The position numbers and the translations under genes were made by a program. The notes under the pieces were generated by a model. The model had not been told where the DNA came from, ran no database searches, and was given only the letters and a program-made list of their open reading frames with translations. From a virus (Duplodnaviria > Caudoviricetes), in the IMG/VR virus record IMGVR_UViG_3300035034_000127, positions 8,031 to 72,030 of that record: a stretch of 64,000 bases of DNA. One strand, given 5' to 3'. Shown here in pieces: positions 33,001 to 42,060 of the stretch; positions within the stretch are counted from its first letter, which is position 1, and every line of letters starts with the position of its first letter.

Positions 33001-36000
33001 CTCGTAACAAGCTACTATATTCGCTTAGCAAAGCAAGTCCATCTGCTTTTAGCAAGCTGTATGTATAAAAATTATCAAAAATGTTGTCTACTACTGTAAA
33101 GTCTCTTTTGAAATTAACCTTGTTAGCAGCTGGTGAAATTGTAATTGCTGTGCCCGCAGCCCATCCTTGAGTAGACCAAAACAAAAACTCTTTTGCTGCT
33201 TGGTTCCAATTATTAACTGTTTCGTTTTCAACATAATTAAAATCGAACCCTAAATCTTCTAGTCTTTGACCGTAACCTAGCAAGAAGTCTATAACTTCTT
33301 GCGACGACTCTAGTCTTTCCCCATACTGTAGAGATAGTACCTTTCTGTTATCAAAGTTCTTTTTAAAGTTTGCTGACTTCCCCCCGTTTACGGGCAGCTT
33401 AGGTAGCTTGGCTAGATTATCTGTAGAAAACAACTGAGCTGATCTAAATCGAGCAGTAGCTCTATAATAAACATTGTTATTTTCGATTACTTGCCCTTCA
33501 TAAAATTGAGTGTCGGACTGCCACGCTGACGGAATTTCTGATATTCCACCCACAGTTATATCCACACTTGAAGTGCCTACTCTTGGGGCGTAATAATCTA
33601 AGAACGGCATATCGTTATTGTAGCCGCGTAACAAGAATCCGCCTGCTGTTTTTTCAATAGCTACACCGCTGTATATTACAAAATCAACAGGAGAGCTAGT
33701 ATTGAAGACTACTTCATAGTTCTCCTGAGGAACGAATACTCCTGCTTGCGTATCTGTTCTCGGAGTTGTACTTTCCAACACTAGATTAATTTTAGACTTA
33801 TCACTAAAGCCTGCTAGTTTAAATCCTAGCTGATTTCTTAATTCTAAAAACTGTAACTGATAATCGGAATATACAGAAAGTATATCACCTGCTACTAAAT
33901 TATAAATGTAATTTACAAAGCCGCTAGTTAATACTCTGCTACTATCCTGAGAAGTATTTGGAAACACAACATCAGCATTAGACATAAACTTCCTAGTCTC
34001 TGAGTAAACTTGCTGTCCTACTAGGTTAGTTGTAATTCTACTAACGTCATATCCCGCTGCGAACACTTTAGCAGGTTGGTTTAACAGCATTGTAGTTACT
34101 ACAGAGAATGGATATTGTGAACTTCTTCTCCACGCGGTTTCGACAGGAGATTGGTCACCAAACTTAAAACTCTGCGTGCTTAATCTTAAAATAAAGTTCT
34201 TAACATAGCTAGACGCTAGCGGTGATTTTAACTTTCCTTTTTGGTCCGACGGAATAAAATTTACCAAACCAGGTCTTGCAAATTTGGCAAGAAATATAAT
34301 GTTCTTGCCAGGTTCGCGTACAATACCCTGTTCAAGGTCACGCCACATGTTGAGGTTATCACCTGTGTAAGGTGCCGAACCGTAAGATTCGTTCCACCAC
34401 AACGGCTTGATTCTAAATCCTAACATTTCCCAAGGATGACTATGCGGTCTGTCAGTGTCAAATGCCTGCTTATAAACAGCTCGCCAAAATCCTAGTAGGT
34501 CTTCATCTGCTAGATTATTTGCATTAGAATAGTTGTAGGTAAACTCATTGGTCCTATCATAGAAGAAATTATCAGTGTAGTCATTGTCTACTAATTTAAG
34601 CCATTGAGTAAACTCAGGTGACAAACTTTTATTAATTTCTGCTGAGCTAAACTCCGACGGTCTAAAGTCGCCGCCGAAGAATCCGTCTACATCAATTACG
34701 TCTTCAGACCATTGTACTTTAATATTGTTAAAAATGCGTTTTTCAAAATCAAGCAACAACTCGTCTCTGAAATCTAAGTAGGCTCGAACATAGCTTCCGT
34801 CGTGGCCTCTAATAAAAGGAATGCCTACCGGATACGCATCTATTTCGACGTCGTCCTGGCCTCCCAGTATATTTGCCGCACTGTTTGCTATGTAAAGTGA
34901 TTCAGTTAGGCCTTTAAATCTGACTGTCGATACTTGGCCCGACCCGCCTGCATCTTGATCTGCGGTTTTTGCAGCGCTCTTAGTAGTATATACAGGGCGA
35001 AACCAGCCGCGAGCAGCATTTGCGGCTGCGACATCTTGTTCGCCGTAGACCTTATATGGGCCGGAATTGGCTGGCGCTGTTGTTTGATACGTGTCGTCAA
35101 TTGTTAGCTCTGGTGAAAACTTAGGGTACAGTCCTAGCTTGCTAGGGGTTGGGGCAACAAATGAACCGTCTGTAACTTCATATTCAATCAGCTCAAGAAT
35201 ATCACCTTCCTGCTGTCCAGCATTAACAACAACAAATCCTTGAGGATCAAATGTATAATGCTGTCCTACAGTTAATTGCTTGCCGTTTAGGTAAACCAGC
35301 ACGCTGCTTGCAGAAAGAGTTTCTAGATCAAATGCATTATTTAATGCGTATAATTCTGTTCTTGAATCTAGAATCTGGTATTCTATAATATTGTTAGGTC
35401 CGTAAGCTATCATATCTGAGAAGTAAAACGGTTGTGTTTTGATCTTGTCTTTGTTAACACGCTCTAGGATCTTGTCAACATGCCTTGAAGTGTTGCCGTC
35501 AAAACCTAGAGTGGTCGCTGTCTCTAAAAATATTCTCTTGAACTTTGCATACTCGTCGCGACTGTATCGCAACGCCTTGACAATGTTGTATTCCTTGCTA
35601 GTTGTGTGATATAATGGAAAGTTGATCGATCCCGAATGCTTTACGAATTTCTTACCAAATCTAGAAACGTCTCCTAGATCTCTTAGGTTTCCTGGGCCCG
35701 GAAACGCACCTGCAAAACTAGGAACTTCTTCAATCAACGAATCAACATGAGCTATAACTTCACCTAAAGTAAAGTCTTTGATATCCTCATTTAGAGGATT
35801 TCTTTCTAGGTTATGTGGAAACTCATAATATCCATTGTTATTTTTAACAGTTTTTGAGTCTGTTTTTATTTGTACAATATCACCGCTTAGTAGGTTCTTA
35901 TCAAATTGCACGATTGCTACTTTATTAATTCTGTTAATTTTGTAGTCAACGTTAATAAGTTGGAGTTTGTTGTTTACGTACACAATAGTTGTTAAATCGT

Positions 36001-38113
36001 TTAGTAATCCAGAATCCTTGTATACATCAATACGAAAGTTGTTGTTTTCGATATTAGTAACTTCATATTGTCTAATCACATACTGCTTGGATTTAACCGG
36101 AGTCTTGGACCATCCATTAAGCCATTCGAAGCTGGTTCTCGTTGAATACTTTCTTAGCAGAGCACTGCCAGTAGTTACTTCAGCTATTCCTTCATCTGCC
36201 TGATATGTAAATTTATCACTAAGAAGATTAAAGTCAAATAGTATGTCACCTGAGTTTTCAATATTTCTGTATGCTAAGGGAAAGCCTAGCTCTAAGTCAT
36301 TAGATCCCAATCCTTGCCTATAGCTAAATAGTTTGGTTCCGTTAAACGTCGTGCTATCAAAGATATCAGGATCTTCAAGTCTATTACCGGCTTGGCAGTC
36401 ACATAGATCAAAGCGTGGAGCTTGGTTTAACGTTTCTTTTAGTTGGCCTTTCTTCCACGTGTTATTGTAATAAAAACTTACGCCAGCATTTGCTTTGCCT
36501 TGTGTTACCAGTACAGTTTCATTTTCCTTAGGTTCGCTGTCCTCTACCTCAACTAAACTAATTTGTCGTTGGTCACTAACATTGATAAAATTGACTTCAT
36601 AAATCTTACCATTTATAAGGACGTCGGTATCTGCAGTAAACAATACTCGCATGCCCTGAGTTAGATCAACATTATCTACGTTGTATCCCAGCTGGCCTTC
36701 GATAGTAGAAAACACATCTTTTGTAAAATCGTCAATCAGCGTAACGTCGGCTTTAGCTTCTGTTCCAAAAGAATACAGCTTTAGTCCTGCTTCAAATTCA
36801 ATAATAGGACGTTTTGCTCTAGTTTCTTCGTCGATATTTATAGGAAGATCGGCTTGCTCAAAGCTGGCAGTAATAACATCTTTATGGAACCATCTGTTAT
36901 ATCGCGACCACGCATTACGGTCTTTGCTTGCTCGGTTGCTTAATATGTAGTCTTTTGATTTAGCATACGAACTGGCGTTAGCGAACGGAAACCTGTCAAA
37001 CTGATCAGAGTCGTAAGGAATCAACTTGTTAGTAGAGTAGGCCGCAGGTATAACTAGGTCAGCTTCGTTGATCAATCTTATATTGGTACCAACTCCTTCA
37101 ACATACCATGCTGAGTTAGCGTAGTATGCTGGAGTTATGTTTCCAACAAAAGTTAGCTTCATACCGTTACTTAGGTCTAGTCCGGTTGCTGTTTGATATG
37201 TTTTCTTTCCTAGTATATCATCAGCAACATCAAGAAAGGTATTACTCTCTATATCGTAAATTCGAAAAAGTCCGCTAGTGTCGATACTATTTTTACTTAG
37301 GTAGAACACTCGTTCCGCTGCATTATACGGTACTGTGAATTCAATCGTACCCTTCTCGATATACGCAATAGCTACTTCCTGGCCGGCGTCGTCTAAATTA
37401 CGTACGCCGTCCGGAAGCAAAGTGGATACATTTACTGAATCATCAAATATTCTGTTAACAGAAAACGCTAATGGATATCCAGGAGTGTTGATTTCAAATC
37501 TGTATGTCTGTCCTCTGTAAAGTTTTAGAGTTGGATTTCTTGTCGCAGTGTCATTAAATACATAGGCAACATTGTCGCCATCGTCTACAGTTGAAACTGA
37601 GTAGGTGCTTACAACGTCACGCTGCTCGCCTGATACTTGAATAGATAAAGGTCCATTGGGTAGCCAATAGTACTCACGAAAGTTAACAAACTTATCGTAA
37701 TCAATATGAGGAGCCCAAGCGTAAGTGTCTTGTGAATTTAAACGGCTTGCGTTATCTGTGTTTGCGCCAAAATATCTCAGCGAGCCAAGGTAGTCGTTAT
37801 AGTCTTTATAAAAAGTAACGTTGTCTAGATTATCCTTAATAACAGCCACTGGTTCTAGTTGATAATTGCCTCTATCAATACTTACGTCACCGATGTAATT
37901 GTCAGTACTCTTATAGGCCTTGGCAGTCTTGCGCCCAACAAACCCGTTGAGCTTTTCAGCTACGCCGGGCTGAATTAGCTGATCAATTGTGCCTTGCAGA
38001 AATTTTCTGTTAGCTTCTGTCCTAAAGAATTTAGGTAGAAGGTCTGCTGCTGTACGCTTAGTATTGCCTGGCGTCGGAAGTGGGCTCTCGTTTTGACTAT
38101 CGTTATAAGCCAT
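24014..38113 (-). CDS. Giant (4699 aa) baseplate wedge / virion structural protein
   Basis: One uninterrupted ORF directly downstream of the gp6-like gene (the gp7 position); contains FG-GAP-like propeller repeats, CBM-like W/F...Y..G..V.Y repeats and GSGY beta repeats. Confidence 0.7.
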   Translation of the reverse strand: MAYNDSQNESPLPTPGNTKRTAADLLPKFFRTEANRKFLQGTIDQLIQPGVAEKLNGFVGRKTAKAYKSTDNYIGDVSIDRGNYQLEPVAVIKDNLDNVTFYKDYNDYLGSLRYFGANTDNASRLNSQDTYAWAPHIDYDKFVNFREYYWLPNGPLSIQVSGEQRDVVSTYSVSTVDDGDNVAYVFNDTATRNPTLKLYRGQTYRFEINTPGYPLAFSVNRIFDDSVNVSTLLPDGVRNLDDAGQEVAIAYIEKGTIEFTVPYNAAERVFYLSKNSIDTSGLFRIYDIESNTFLDVADDILGKKTYQTATGLDLSNGMKLTFVGNITPAYYANSAWYVEGVGTNIRLINEADLVIPAAYSTNKLIPYDSDQFDRFPFANASSYAKSKDYILSNRASKDRNAWSRYNRWFHKDVITASFEQADLPINIDEETRAKRPIIEFEAGLKLYSFGTEAKADVTLIDDFTKDVFSTIEGQLGYNVDNVDLTQGMRVLFTADTDVLINGKIYEVNFINVSDQRQISLVEVEDSEPKENETVLVTQGKANAGVSFYYNNTWKKGQLKETLNQAPRFDLCDCQAGNRLEDPDIFDSTTFNGTKLFSYRQGLGSNDLELGFPLAYRNIENSGDILFDFNLLSDKFTYQADEGIAEVTTGSALLRKYSTRTSFEWLNGWSKTPVKSKQYVIRQYEVTNIENNNFRIDVYKDSGLLNDLTTIVYVNNKLQLINVDYKINRINKVAIVQFDKNLLSGDIVQIKTDSKTVKNNNGYYEFPHNLERNPLNEDIKDFTLGEVIAHVDSLIEEVPSFAGAFPGPGNLRDLGDVSRFGKKFVKHSGSINFPLYHTTSKEYNIVKALRYSRDEYAKFKRIFLETATTLGFDGNTSRHVDKILERVNKDKIKTQPFYFSDMIAYGPNNIIEYQILDSRTELYALNNAFDLETLSASSVLVYLNGKQLTVGQHYTFDPQGFVVVNAGQQEGDILELIEYEVTDGSFVAPTPSKLGLYPKFSPELTIDDTYQTTAPANSGPYKVYGEQDVAAANAARGWFRPVYTTKSAAKTADQDAGGSGQVSTVRFKGLTESLYIANSAANILGGQDDVEIDAYPVGIPFIRGHDGSYVRAYLDFRDELLLDFEKRIFNNIKVQWSEDVIDVDGFFGGDFRPSEFSSAEINKSLSPEFTQWLKLVDNDYTDNFFYDRTNEFTYNYSNANNLADEDLLGFWRAVYKQAFDTDRPHSHPWEMLGFRIKPLWWNESYGSAPYTGDNLNMWRDLEQGIVREPGKNIIFLAKFARPGLVNFIPSDQKGKLKSPLASSYVKNFILRLSTQSFKFGDQSPVETAWRRSSQYPFSVVTTMLLNQPAKVFAAGYDVSRITTNLVGQQVYSETRKFMSNADVVFPNTSQDSSRVLTSGFVNYIYNLVAGDILSVYSDYQLQFLELRNQLGFKLAGFSDKSKINLVLESTTPRTDTQAGVFVPQENYEVVFNTSSPVDFVIYSGVAIEKTAGGFLLRGYNNDMPFLDYYAPRVGTSSVDITVGGISEIPSAWQSDTQFYEGQVIENNNVYYRATARFRSAQLFSTDNLAKLPKLPVNGGKSANFKKNFDNRKVLSLQYGERLESSQEVIDFLLGYGQRLEDLGFDFNYVENETVNNWNQAAKEFLFWSTQGWAAGTAITISPAANKVNFKRDFTVVDNIFDNFYTYSLLKADGLALLSEYSSLLRDQNSFGIQTVNTDDGLYSVALALVQKEHVVVIDNRTIFNDIIYEPSTGYRRDRIKIVGYRSGDWNGGLNIPGFVYDGAVISEWASWKDFQIGSLVKYKQFYYVATENVPGSKEFNTNLWYRLSKKPEAELITNFDYRINQFTDFYDLDTDGFDAELQRMAQHLTGYQKRQYLANIITDDVSQYKFYQGMIQDKGTKNALSKMFEKLGAAGKESLEFFEEWAIQVGRYGAIDNTSQIEINLKQDQIRISPQTIELTDDIPLSNLEKVYRIKSFELYDKPANYTGAPFFTKPLVNEYVRTAGYVDENDVTFVAGSTEDLRNGNVDDVALGEYIWITEILDRPWDVYQHVTTGIKVSKLLDNKETNKFGDSLRELTLDRYTTNRILVGDIIGVRDTRTLGVNGFYEVDSIDLIKLNVINIRVPTDAAFETFADENFQLTLLRSVRLNNLLELQDVVQDTLYQDQTAWIDNYNGDWAVLNNSSVYTNEQALTNPVQEEGIEHKYGNEVLVTADNNNVFVTAPEVENGKVYYYRRSSESFNVQLDQEISFAQQGLMTSFANGFASSVSVSPDGEYLIAGLPQASGVKTRFQGLFDPDATYTKNQIVKFRESLWRANRTIFPQISTQPFSTFSSYNNIIGSFDDNDQLAALIIAGDSQLANNITNHILVRAPKEMYQGTTAGDKVNLFWNARSYSYPTLDFYEPFDGLIPEISSSFLNQEHIIKEKIDHVFYVELYTALPSVNDRVTTDTGQATVYYVSTSRDGVIIYLKESNGTFETSGQLFIDNQDLIGVYTEEDTVSTNDAVTGFWYIETPTDYSNNGVYYDAGKGLVYADVRIENETREVNDYYNIQLTAGVIGNDFDDRNQASFVAQLSFTGDLTSADGQVGPEVSVPSSQWLVRTGKVFSDTLVSGDQLQLSLFESNERIINFAPSGLTGGYSTFNKLQTIVDMWDGYIDFNFTRFDAQGFVFQPQIGDVLEDLQMPRNGQGGLAITGITTSSAEVTWVQRNFNQVRVYVKNITGTWDQLNNIGRYNVKRNRNTAIRGQADVDRIIGVVEDSDNDICVGNDLIGKLIVFEADEIFADSRKWNEIIPITGEEYWFYTENIAQGAGRVPNPPFSLNKDYVQIYHIEADNFGTAGPVNEGAVAIYRRLTGGTYSYQRTIVSEYGMEDRQFGRDVEIRQVGNYYTLFVSSIGNGDQQELVGGIEIFRHGALAGENFKGNYAPGTYIKGDIVTFEDDYYVANKDQTEVESRIKDSIFWANISWKQGKDSNYRGEWNNSYGYAEGSIVFYNDKFYSAVTNISTGAGFVTTDWKQLSNLIDYVGFLPNVTGFTAYNEEVFESSNTPNVLVDFSKAYDISSNGQVIVTTATITGSDSTVNDTRVLIYRETDNKFLLSQIINAPELQNSTNWAYKISMRPDGMSFAISASLDDSAKVNQGQVYIYMQVDSEFVLTQTLLPPNNEEGEQFGYDMSYGQDNLVISSLNGDQKIPTTFDLVTNNETIIDNRFTRFNETILDSGVVYIFETLNDQLVFSERFRYDSATSQFGETLLSNGNHVYVGIPSLVTTTGQGVVVDYRKPKGKFAWNVLRESIVPVDISKIQGVFVYNKRTNEIITYLDYIDPVQGKIAGIAEQDITYKIGTDPAAYNVGILSDNTVDVDIFWAEKQVGQVWWNINTARFEWPYQGSISYQKEVWNVLAQGASIDVYEWVETQYTPLRWDALSATDAGSSLGITGTSLYGDEKYSARLTYDDISQTFSTVYYFWVQNKRDVPVNRTLSIFDITNLIRSPREQGYRFVSFLSDSRMVLNNFENIVTSDDVVLNIRYDTRETKIQNTHLQYLLMSDGSGVSKPTADIERKWFDSLIGFDENNRPVPNPAIPIAKRTGIQNRPRQGMFVNRTEALKQFIERVNLVLSKNLVVDQYQTSRLFSKDDAPSIATRKYDIVVDTTFDLDFLSINKITPARLEPVIVNGKIIQVNILSSGRGYKIEPTVEVAGAGKNFEVKLSINNLGQVTTAIITNEGSGYGDATVLLPRRYSVLVNNDDNLNGKWAIYSWNEIERNWFRTQIQAFDVSRFWDYRDWYAEGFNQFTDIDFEIEGTYLLGGLRDTIGNVVKAKSISSGGWLLLKKIANEETEDFTINYDTIGRQAGTISFNESLYNVEKNAVGFDSRSYDSFFYDSVIAKELRIIFEVIRDDLFIAELAVEYNQLFFASLRYVLSEQPAVDWMFKSAFINVKHNVGNLDQKVNFENDKLASYQAYVNEVKPYSSKVREFISSYTSIDDTQSAVTDFDLAPQYDILTKRIVTSKAFISNGELIDAGANTDSYPRKYWKDNIGYTVTEVRIQNPGSGYTIAPEIKLEGASAKQATAKAFIGYGKITAIKVTSPGVGYINMPTVIIDVPQSDVGIRASATAILGDGVVRTPTVKIKFDRTSGQYTIEELAEVANFVGSNVDINYNLKWPMDLDNRKVKVYVNEVQQLRSQYSYTNITYSPTIDTLAEDFNYGNGNVAAGPGTQQISNGYTYQQGRIIFTKPPANQSDVRIEYYRPISMLSAADRIKFAYNPLSGMLGSELAQVMTGIDYGGVEVSGLGFEIETGWDTEGWYTDTWDTDGTNFEDEVFVADGSTTAVELREALEDGVIYNIYKNGIRLDDPEYGTAEQVNQNAVTSSIFGDGSTSVVELADLGITLVNEDVLIIRKSTSDGSVAPDDESYDQALIGGNLAYSSARGINPEEIIVDGDSFITPTTSGGPEELVSGQVMDALDLRVYNRDVSAATNVSTFAYRQFKDILNRTHFKRLNSAVTTLAQPLNSYDLRIEVQDGANLAVPDKGRNLPGIIFIDKERIEYFVKDGNTLRQLRRGTLGTGTAQQHAVGTKVYDQNSDKTIPYKDRTIVQNFTTDGVTGSFAIGFTISSVNEIEVFVAGTRLRKQATQVFDATVALNSPDGDISIPADFEIVDGEIVLTTVPAENVRVTVVKKVGNTWAKPGESLATTNTPIANFLRAGTSAQPE

Positions 38114-38127
38114 TATTAATTATGTCC

Positions 38128-41100
38128 TTATCTAGATATAATGCCTGAAGTAGCTGTCATAACGCTAGTTATTACGTTACCGCTTGCTTGCAATTCTGTT
38201 GCTGTTAGTTCGTCAATAATTTCTACATCACGTACACTAGCAGCACTAATAAAAATTTCATCAAGTTCGGATTTTATTTCAAATAAACTACCGAACGATT
38301 GTGAACCTTGTCTTGGCACAATTACTATACTTACTAATCTGGGTGACATAGTGTTCATAATATATGCACTAAGCTCTTGAAAGTAAAAAGTCTCTCCAAA
38401 GTCCCAATTCTCAATAGCAAAAAATTGATTCATTGATTCAATTATCTCTGCTTTTAACTCATTTTCGTTAACTACTATTGATTTATTTCGAACCACTTTA
38501 AACTTAACTTGTAAATCATTCATTGCCTTCTCACCAAACAGTACCTTGTACTTAACTGGATGATAAACTATCTCGTCACTAATTGACTTTATTGCATTAA
38601 TTGCAGTGCCGTAAGATCTGAAAAGGCTATCACTACTTTCAGGTTTTGGTTTTACTGTAACTATTCCTGCAACATATTTTCTAACTTCTGTATCATAATT
38701 CTTTGTTAGCAAGAAAGTATCAATAATATTACTTGCGCTGGGATCAATTCTATAATTGCTGTCAGCTACGTGCACGTAATGAAACTTCAGCCCTGACCTT
38801 CCAAAGTAAACTTTATAATCTGTATTAATCGTTGTATTATTTAACAATTTATTTAGAGTCTTAAATACGCCTACCTCAAACAGGTAAAATATTTGTCCTT
38901 CCTGTTCTGCGCTATAAATTATGTTCGATTGGTTATTAACTACCTTAATAGAACCACTCGAGTTATCGAAAAATCTAAAGTCTTCTACTCCGTCAGACGT
39001 CGTAAATCGCTGTTGAAAGATAATTTTCTGAGACGGTAATACTTCTGGTTCGACAATTCTATTAAATAGGTCCGGATCGTCAATAACACCGTCGTTGTCT
39101 AAATCAACAAACTGTATTTCGATCTTTGTAGTATCTACATATCCTTCTTTGTCTCTATAAGCATCAGAAATTCCCCAGTTAAAATCTCTTGTGAAACTAC
39201 TAGCACTGTCTGGCTGCTTATTAATTCCTAATACTCGAATCCCATCACGAGCAATTTTTCCTGTTTTGGGATTAAAGACTTTGTCTGCGCCGTCAAATGT
39301 AAACCGGACTTCGTCTTTACTTTCGAATACGTATCTAAGATTGCGATGAGTAATAGTATACGTATTGCCATTGGTTTTAAAATTCAATAACCAACTTGCA
39401 TCAAGATTTTGTCCGCTGAGATCTCCTGCTTTACCTGTGCTAAATTCAGATAGTGTATTAATATTCGATGCAAGCACCAATTGCCACTCGCGAGTGTTTG
39501 TATTATATCTTAGAGCATAATCTTTGTAAGCAAATGTTTGATCAATTATTTGCGTTTTTAGGTCAGTTAGTAATGTTCTAGAGATTTTTGGAATAACTTG
39601 ACTCAGCAGCGAACCATCAGGAATAAGATCAACTAGTGTAATAGGACCCCTATCGTCTATAGTTAATGTTGTTCCGTCTGATACAGTGCCAGCGACCTTG
39701 GTCCATAGGTATATAGTCGAGCCATCTAGATTTGGGTTAGCTGTGTAAGTACCGTCTGCTAAGAAATACTGTTGCACACCGTTAACAATGGGTGCCACAA
39801 ACTTAAGAAGAGTTCCGGACTCTACTAATCGTAAATTATTAGCAGTAAACGCGCCGACAGCGTAGGCTTCGCCCTGTGTGTCATTAAGGAATCCAGTATA
39901 CTGGTTAGTAAATTTCGTTGTATTTTCCCAACTTGCACTTAAATCCGAAGTAATTGTTCTTGGAAATTCCGAGTAGTAAAAGTTCTTGAGGTTAGTACTA
40001 TTAATGATATCCTCAACAGTATTAACCAATATGCCTTCAATATCACTTTGTGAAGAAAATGCAAATTGTGTTTTTACCTCGTATAATTCTTTATATATAA
40101 TGCCGTCATCAGCAAACAAACTAGTATTAGAATACTTGCCACTTGCATCTTTTAAATCAAAATATCTACTTATGCCACTACTAACTCTGTTAACACTCTT
40201 AGTTTTTATAATGTCTTGGCTGACTGCGAGAGGACCTATGTTGTAATCTTCGCCTGTGATTAATCGATTCTGTGTGTAATAAGTCGCAGGTGCATTTTGT
40301 TTAATACTGTCGTTAGATTCAGTAGGAGTACCATTAGATACTGTATAGTTTAATCTTAGTACAAACGTTAGTGTTTCGAGCGAACCGCTGCGGCTTTGAT
40401 AAGGAATTTCAATAGTGACGTTGCCTACTGCGCCAGGTGAAATTACACTGAATCTATTCAAGCTGGTTCTGTAATATATTTTAAAGTTTCCTGCTGGAAG
40501 ATTACCAAAAATTCCGTCACTAAACACTAGATTAATTCTATCACTAATTCGAGTAGACACAGCATACACATTGCTAATACCTTTAAAAAGGCTGTTATAG
40601 ATAATATTGTTGCCTTCTACTGCGTCTAGTTTGGACCACGCTGTAGTCTCAAAACCGTTTGTATCCACGCTGTAAAGCCATACATCGTCGTTATTAATAT
40701 TCTCTGCGTCAATGCCTACGATCTGGTTCGGGATCGGATTGGTTACCGAAAATGTACCTTCGTCTAGTCTACCCTGCCGAAAGTGCATGAAAAATCCAGT
40801 ATTGTTAGAGCCAGCGCCCTGGCCGTCATCTCTAAACAAAAACGCAGGGCTAGTGCCAGGAAGTGGTGGTTCTTCTCTTATCACGCTATTGGAAAAGTCA
40901 GTAGATACTACTTCATATCTAGTACTAACTCCTTCAATAGACTTTGTAAACGGAAACACTGGGACCCCAGTGTTAGTTGCGTTCAATCGGTATTTCTGTG
41001 TCTGTACACCGTCAATATTTTCAGTCTTTAAAGGACTGCCTACTGCATTAGTAACAGGAAGAGCTGCGTTTATTATCTTAATAAATTGTTCAAAAAAGTT

Positions 41101-41550
41101 AGGATTGCTTTGATCGTTCCACCGAATTGCGGAACCTGCAAGATTTAATCCAGCACTGTCAACAACCTGCTCTGTGGTCTTTACTGTAGAAATTTTAAGC
41201 AGTCCATTAGCTGCTTGATTTCGACGAGGATTGTAGGTCAACATACGTGCAAGACGTAGTACGCTTTCCCTGCGTTCAGCTGTTTCGAGGAAGTTTTCTC
41301 TGGCATTTAAGTCTATTCTAAAAGATAGGTTTTGACCTAGAAACGCGATCATATCAATAAGAGCAAGATATTCGCTTGATTCGATATAATCGTTAAAATC
41401 TTCAGGGTAGTTTTGTCGCAGATAATTAATCATGGTTCTGCGCAAGTTGTCAAAATCATAGCTCTGGAAGTCAGCGTTTCTGAAACTCTGATAGATTCTT
41501 TTCCAGTCTTCTGCTACTAAAAGCCGTGTTTGTCTATCTGTTGCAGACAT
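38128..41550 (-). CDS. gp6: Baseplate wedge protein, T4 gp6-like
   Basis: DFDNLR..MINYL, FLETAERRESVLRLAR...YNP, ES..SIKQNAP..Y.TQNRLIT.EDY; follows the gp25-like gene. Confidence 0.8.
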   Translation of the reverse strand: MSATDRQTRLLVAEDWKRIYQSFRNADFQSYDFDNLRRTMINYLRQNYPEDFNDYIESSEYLALIDMIAFLGQNLSFRIDLNARENFLETAERRESVLRLARMLTYNPRRNQAANGLLKISTVKTTEQVVDSAGLNLAGSAIRWNDQSNPNFFEQFIKIINAALPVTNAVGSPLKTENIDGVQTQKYRLNATNTGVPVFPFTKSIEGVSTRYEVVSTDFSNSVIREEPPLPGTSPAFLFRDDGQGAGSNNTGFFMHFRQGRLDEGTFSVTNPIPNQIVGIDAENINNDDVWLYSVDTNGFETTAWSKLDAVEGNNIIYNSLFKGISNVYAVSTRISDRINLVFSDGIFGNLPAGNFKIYYRTSLNRFSVISPGAVGNVTIEIPYQSRSGSLETLTFVLRLNYTVSNGTPTESNDSIKQNAPATYYTQNRLITGEDYNIGPLAVSQDIIKTKSVNRVSSGISRYFDLKDASGKYSNTSLFADDGIIYKELYEVKTQFAFSSQSDIEGILVNTVEDIINSTNLKNFYYSEFPRTITSDLSASWENTTKFTNQYTGFLNDTQGEAYAVGAFTANNLRLVESGTLLKFVAPIVNGVQQYFLADGTYTANPNLDGSTIYLWTKVAGTVSDGTTLTIDDRGPITLVDLIPDGSLLSQVIPKISRTLLTDLKTQIIDQTFAYKDYALRYNTNTREWQLVLASNINTLSEFSTGKAGDLSGQNLDASWLLNFKTNGNTYTITHRNLRYVFESKDEVRFTFDGADKVFNPKTGKIARDGIRVLGINKQPDSASSFTRDFNWGISDAYRDKEGYVDTTKIEIQFVDLDNDGVIDDPDLFNRIVEPEVLPSQKIIFQQRFTTSDGVEDFRFFDNSSGSIKVVNNQSNIIYSAEQEGQIFYLFEVGVFKTLNKLLNNTTINTDYKVYFGRSGLKFHYVHVADSNYRIDPSASNIIDTFLLTKNYDTEVRKYVAGIVTVKPKPESSDSLFRSYGTAINAIKSISDEIVYHPVKYKVLFGEKAMNDLQVKFKVVRNKSIVVNENELKAEIIESMNQFFAIENWDFGETFYFQELSAYIMNTMSPRLVSIVIVPRQGSQSFGSLFEIKSELDEIFISAASVRDVEIIDELTATELQASGNVITSVMTATSGIISR

Positions 41551-41606
41551 AAATTAGATTCCTCGTTAACTATGATATTTATCATAATAAAAAACTGCGT
41601 ACTTAA

Positions 41607-42044
41607 TTAAGTTAGGCCGTTTTTCTGATCGAAGGTAAATGTAATTGATTCAGAGATATCGTAAGGTAAGTATGTAAGTTCACAATCAATAGAAATACCC
41701 TGTTCGTATGTATCGACTATTACATCCTTAGCTGATAGTCTAGGATCAAAGTTAAAAATATTTGTTACGTTTTCAATAATTGCTTCCTGTACAGCCGGAG
41801 TAAATGGCTCAAATAACATATCCCAGATTATACATCCAAAGCTAGGATTTGATAACTTTTCGCCCTGCCGTATGTGAAAGTGATTGATTAGATCCTGTTT
41901 AATTAGCTCGAAATCATACAAAGAAAAACCTTGGTTAGTCTGCGCCACAGAACTGAACCCTCTATACGCTCGGCCTGCCGAAGCAGTAGTTTTGGTAGGA
42001 GTTACACTTACTCGTTGGTATAAATTCTTTTCTAAGCTGCTCAT
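41607..42044 (-). CDS. gp25: Baseplate wedge subunit, gp25-like
   Basis: LIKQDLINHF.IRQGEKL.NPSFG..IWDMLFEP...DPRL, the GPW/gp25 family pattern. Confidence 0.85.
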   Translation of the reverse strand: MSSLEKNLYQRVSVTPTKTTASAGRAYRGFSSVAQTNQGFSLYDFELIKQDLINHFHIRQGEKLSNPSFGCIIWDMLFEPFTPAVQEAIIENVTNIFNFDPRLSAKDVIVDTYEQGISIDCELTYLPYDISESITFTFDQKNGLT

Positions 42045-42060
42045 ATCGTATTTACCTCAC

